A stretch of 64,000 nucleotides of DNA from contig NIVC01000773.1 of NCBI GenBank assembly GCA_002269645.1, forward strand, positions 248,001 to 312,000. The letters run 5' to 3'. A program made the position numbers and the translations under genes. Shown here piece after piece: positions 60,949 through 64,000 of this stretch (position 1 is the stretch's first letter; every line of letters begins with the position of its first letter). The notes beneath the pieces were generated by a model that searched no databases, was not told the DNA's origin, and saw nothing but the letters and a program-made list of their open reading frames with translations. The stretch is from Macrostomum lignano (lineage: Eukaryota).

Positions 60949-61710
60949 CCCAGCAATTGAGGATCTGGGAGGCTGGCCCAGCAACTGAGGATCTGGGAGG
61001 CTGGCCCAGCAACTAAGGATCTGGGAGGCTGGCCCAGCAACTGGGGATCTGGGAGGCTGGTGGCCCAGCAACTGAGGATCTGGGAGGCTGGCCTATCAGC
61101 TGATGATCTGGGAGGCTGGCCCAGCAACTGAGGATCTGGGAGGCTGGCCCAGCAGCTGAGGATCTGGGAGGCTGGCCCAGCAACTGAGGATCTGGGAGGC
61201 TGGCCCAGCAACTGAGGATCTGGGAGGCTGGTGGCCCAGCAACTGAGGATCTGGGAGGCTGGCCTAGCAACTGAGGATCTGGGAGACTGGCCCAGCAACT
61301 GAGGATCTGGGAGGCTGGCCCAGCAACTGAGGATCTGGGAGGCTGGCCCAGCAACTGAGGATCTGGGAGGCTGGCCCAGCAGCTGAGGATCTGGGAGGCT
61401 GGCCCAGCAACTGAGGATCTGGGAGGCTGGCCTAGCAACTGAGGATCTGGGAGGCTGGCCCAGCAACTGAGGATCTGGGAGGCTGGCATAGCAACTGAGG
61501 ATCTGAGAGGCTGGCCCAGCAACTGAGGATCTGGGAGGCTGGTGGCCCAGCAACTGAGGATCTGGGAGGCTGGCCTAGAAACTGAGGATCTGGGAGACTG
61601 GTCCAGCAACTGGGGATCTGGGAGGCTGGTGGCCCAGCAACTGAGGATCTGGGAGGCTGGCCCAGCAACTGAGGATCTGGGAGGCTGGCCCAGCAACTAA
61701 GGATCTGGGA
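60949..61710. repeat. 28-bp minisatellite, array C
   Basis: Same unit and orientation as arrays A and B. Confidence 0.95.
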
Positions 61711-62206
61711 GGGTGGCAGATCCAGATCCTGCGGCCTGTTCGATGCACTTCTAACCAAACTGACGACAACAAAGAAAATTTCGAATTCTAAAACACTTTT
61801 CGTTAGAGCTAAAAGCGGAAAAAACAGATTGAAGTGCAGAGCGGCTATTCCTGGAACTGGGGGCGTGGCACGTCAAGGTCGCTCACGCGATGCTCAAAGC
61901 AGCTCGAGCTGACATCTGATTCGCCCGACGTTTGAGCAGGAAGCGGAATCAAAACAGATCTTTTTCAGAGTGTTACCGCGGACACGAAATTCGGATCATG
62001 TTTTGGGATTTATTCAAACGAAGAACGCATGTCTGATTTAACAAACTTTTTAACCATGAAACCAAAAACCTTTTACTTGTTACACTTGGGGTTGGGTGTC
62101 TGTCGAGCCCCCAACAATTTCACACCTCGATGCGCATAGATTATTTGAGTCGCACAACTCACGCGAAACCCAGATTAAAGGACTCAAACGGGTGCAGCAG
62201 ACTCAC

Positions 62207-62462
62207 CCGTTCGCACTGTCCCAGCAGCCGCTGCCGCTCCATCTCGTGTATCTTCTTGTACTCGATAGCGTCCTGGTAGAACAGGATGAGCACGGCTAGG
62301 GAAGGCAGCAGGTGAGCGGTGACGACCACAATGGAGTGCACAGGCAGGTAAACCCGGAGGTCGTGATTGAACACCCCGGAGCAGGAGGCGGCGCTGGAGC
62401 TGCGCAGGAATAGCCAGTAGGCCAGGTTGATGAGGCTCCCGAAGGCGAACACAAGGACGCTA
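62207..62462 (-). CDS. Internal exon of a multi-pass membrane protein (two TM helices; possibly GPR137/TOM1-like)
   Basis: CAG acceptor and CGG|GTGAGT donor, with GC3-rich codons. The translation is SVLVFAFGSLINLAYWLFL...YLPVHSIVVVTAHLLPSLAVLILFY. The family assignment is a weak recollection. Confidence 0.55.
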
Positions 62463-62519
62463 CTGCAATTCGGAGGTTGATGCACGCGAGTCAAGACATC
62501 TGCTGGGTCTACAGACTCC

Positions 62520-62950
62520 CAGGATCCCAGATCCCAGATCCCAGGATCTCAGATCCCAGATCCCAGGATCTCAGATCCCAGGATCCCAGGATCCCAGATC
62601 CCAGATCCCAGGATCCCAGATCCCAGGATCCCAGATCCCAGGATCCCAGATCCCAGATCCCAGGATCCCAGATCCCAGGATCCCAGATCCCAGGATCCCA
62701 GATCCCAGGATCCAGATCCCAGGATCCCAGATCCCAGGATCCCAGATCCCAGGATCCCAGATCCCAGGATCCCAGATCCCAGGATCCCAGATCCCAGGAT
62801 CCCAGATCCCAGGATCCCAGATCCCAGGATCCCAGATCCCAGGATCCCAGATCCCAGGATCCCAGATCACAGATCCCAGGATCTCAGATCCCAGGATCCT
62901 AGATCCCAGATCCCAGGATCCCAGAATCTTGTGTTCAATCCCAGATCCCA
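62520..62950. repeat. (GATCCCA/GGATCCCA)n 7/8-bp composite minisatellite
   Basis: Read directly from the sequence. Confidence 0.95.
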
Positions 62951-63719
62951 GAATGTGCCCGATAGGGAGAGTCAGCCAGTGGCTGACTTAAACAAATTTG
63001 TACTTTTTTGAAGTGAAATAATTAAATAACCAAGCTTTATCTATTTTAACTTTTCCTTTTATTAGTCACGTCCCGCTGTCCAGGCGTTTATTGACAGCAA
63101 ATTAGCGAAATTTGTTTATAAAAAATCGGCCAAGGCTTCCCAACGAAGGCTAACAAAGAATTGTTTGTTTTTATCCACTTCTCGAATTGAACTGATTCTG
63201 TCGAATGCATTACACACGAATTTGTGTTTCTCAAGCTGGTCCAGCTTTGACCAGCTGGGCACACTGATCTGATGCAGCTAATGGAGAGGCTGTAAGCAGC
63301 GACATAGCTAAACTCGCCCCAGGGGACCTCAGCTGCGTTGAACAGCTGCGCCAGTCGCCTGTCTCCGAGAGCCGGACCCGAGGGAGTCGATTGTGGTGCA
63401 TTGGGTCGGAATAGAAGATTTGCACCAGCAAAGTGCTTCTCGGCCCGGCAGCGATTCTGTGCCTTCGATTTCAAGCTGGGGATGCTGGCTACTATCCGCC
63501 GCTGCTCTAGTGCAGTTCAAGCACTTTGGCAAACACAAGCCTGGATGCCACCGTCTCTACCTCTTTGCTGTCCAGGGATTAAGCCTGGACCCGCGATTCT
63601 GCAGGGATCCGTGCAGTATATTTAGCAATGCGATCCCAAAGTGCACATCACAGAGCTGGCCATCGCGGCTAAGTTGGATCTAAATCTTGGGTAGTAATCC
63701 GGATGCAGATTGTAGAACT

Positions 63720-64000
63720 TAGGATTGGGTTTCTGGATTTTGGATTGGGATTCTGGGATTTTAGATTCAGATTCTGGATTTAGGATTGGGATTCTGGGAT
63801 TTCGGATTGGGATCCTGGGGTTTCGGATTGGGATTCTGGGATTTTAGGATTGGGATTCTGGGATTTAGGATTGGGATTCTGGGATTTCGGATTGGATCCT
63901 GGGATTTTGGATTGGGATTCTGGGATTTTAAATTGGGATTCTGGGATTTTGGATTGGGATGCTGGGATTTTGGATTGGGATTCTGGGATTTTAAATTGGG
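63720..64000. repeat. ~21-bp minisatellite (GGATTGGGATTCTGGGATTTT)n, runs off the window
   Basis: Read directly from the sequence. Confidence 0.92.

Noticed and set aside
63088-63538. Overlapping 128-aa and 69-aa minus-strand ORFs
   Set aside because: There is no recognisable homology, the frame is ambiguous, and the region is too near the window edge to link to a gene.

Overview
This is eukaryotic (metazoan) genomic DNA. It has spliced genes with GC-rich exons, and a very large share of it is micro- and minisatellite arrays and transposon fragments. The style suggests a Macrostomum-like flatworm genome, but that is inference only. There are no prokaryotic features, rRNA genes or CRISPR arrays. 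Genes reconstructed by hand from GT-AG junctions: a 4-exon DEG/ENaC channel (25076-28025, minus); a GSK-3 kinase (33407-37568 plus a probable micro-exon at 39774-39786, minus); a 2-exon ~1165-aa protein with no domain I recognise (43320-47060, plus); a small UPF0728/C10orf53-like gene (49746-51051, minus); an intron-containing Crypton/DUF3504-type tyrosine recombinase (52230-53686, minus); and partial exons of a membrane protein (58-62.5 kb, minus). Mobile DNA: a 5'-truncated RT+RNase H non-LTR retrotransposon inserted in a 20-bp satellite; four tRNA-headed CORE-like SINEs; two non-autonomous P-superfamily elements with 8-bp TSDs, one carrying a transposase C-terminal fragment and a nested 30-bp palindromic mini-element; and an RTE 3' fragment with a 13-bp TSD. 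The best candidate for an undescribed system is the tyrosine-recombinase locus. It is bracketed by a 15-bp inverted repeat without a TSD, has repeated TGCCATRRAC motifs, and has a ~100-bp hairpin just upstream. Most long ORFs in the supplied track are read-throughs of tandem repeats.
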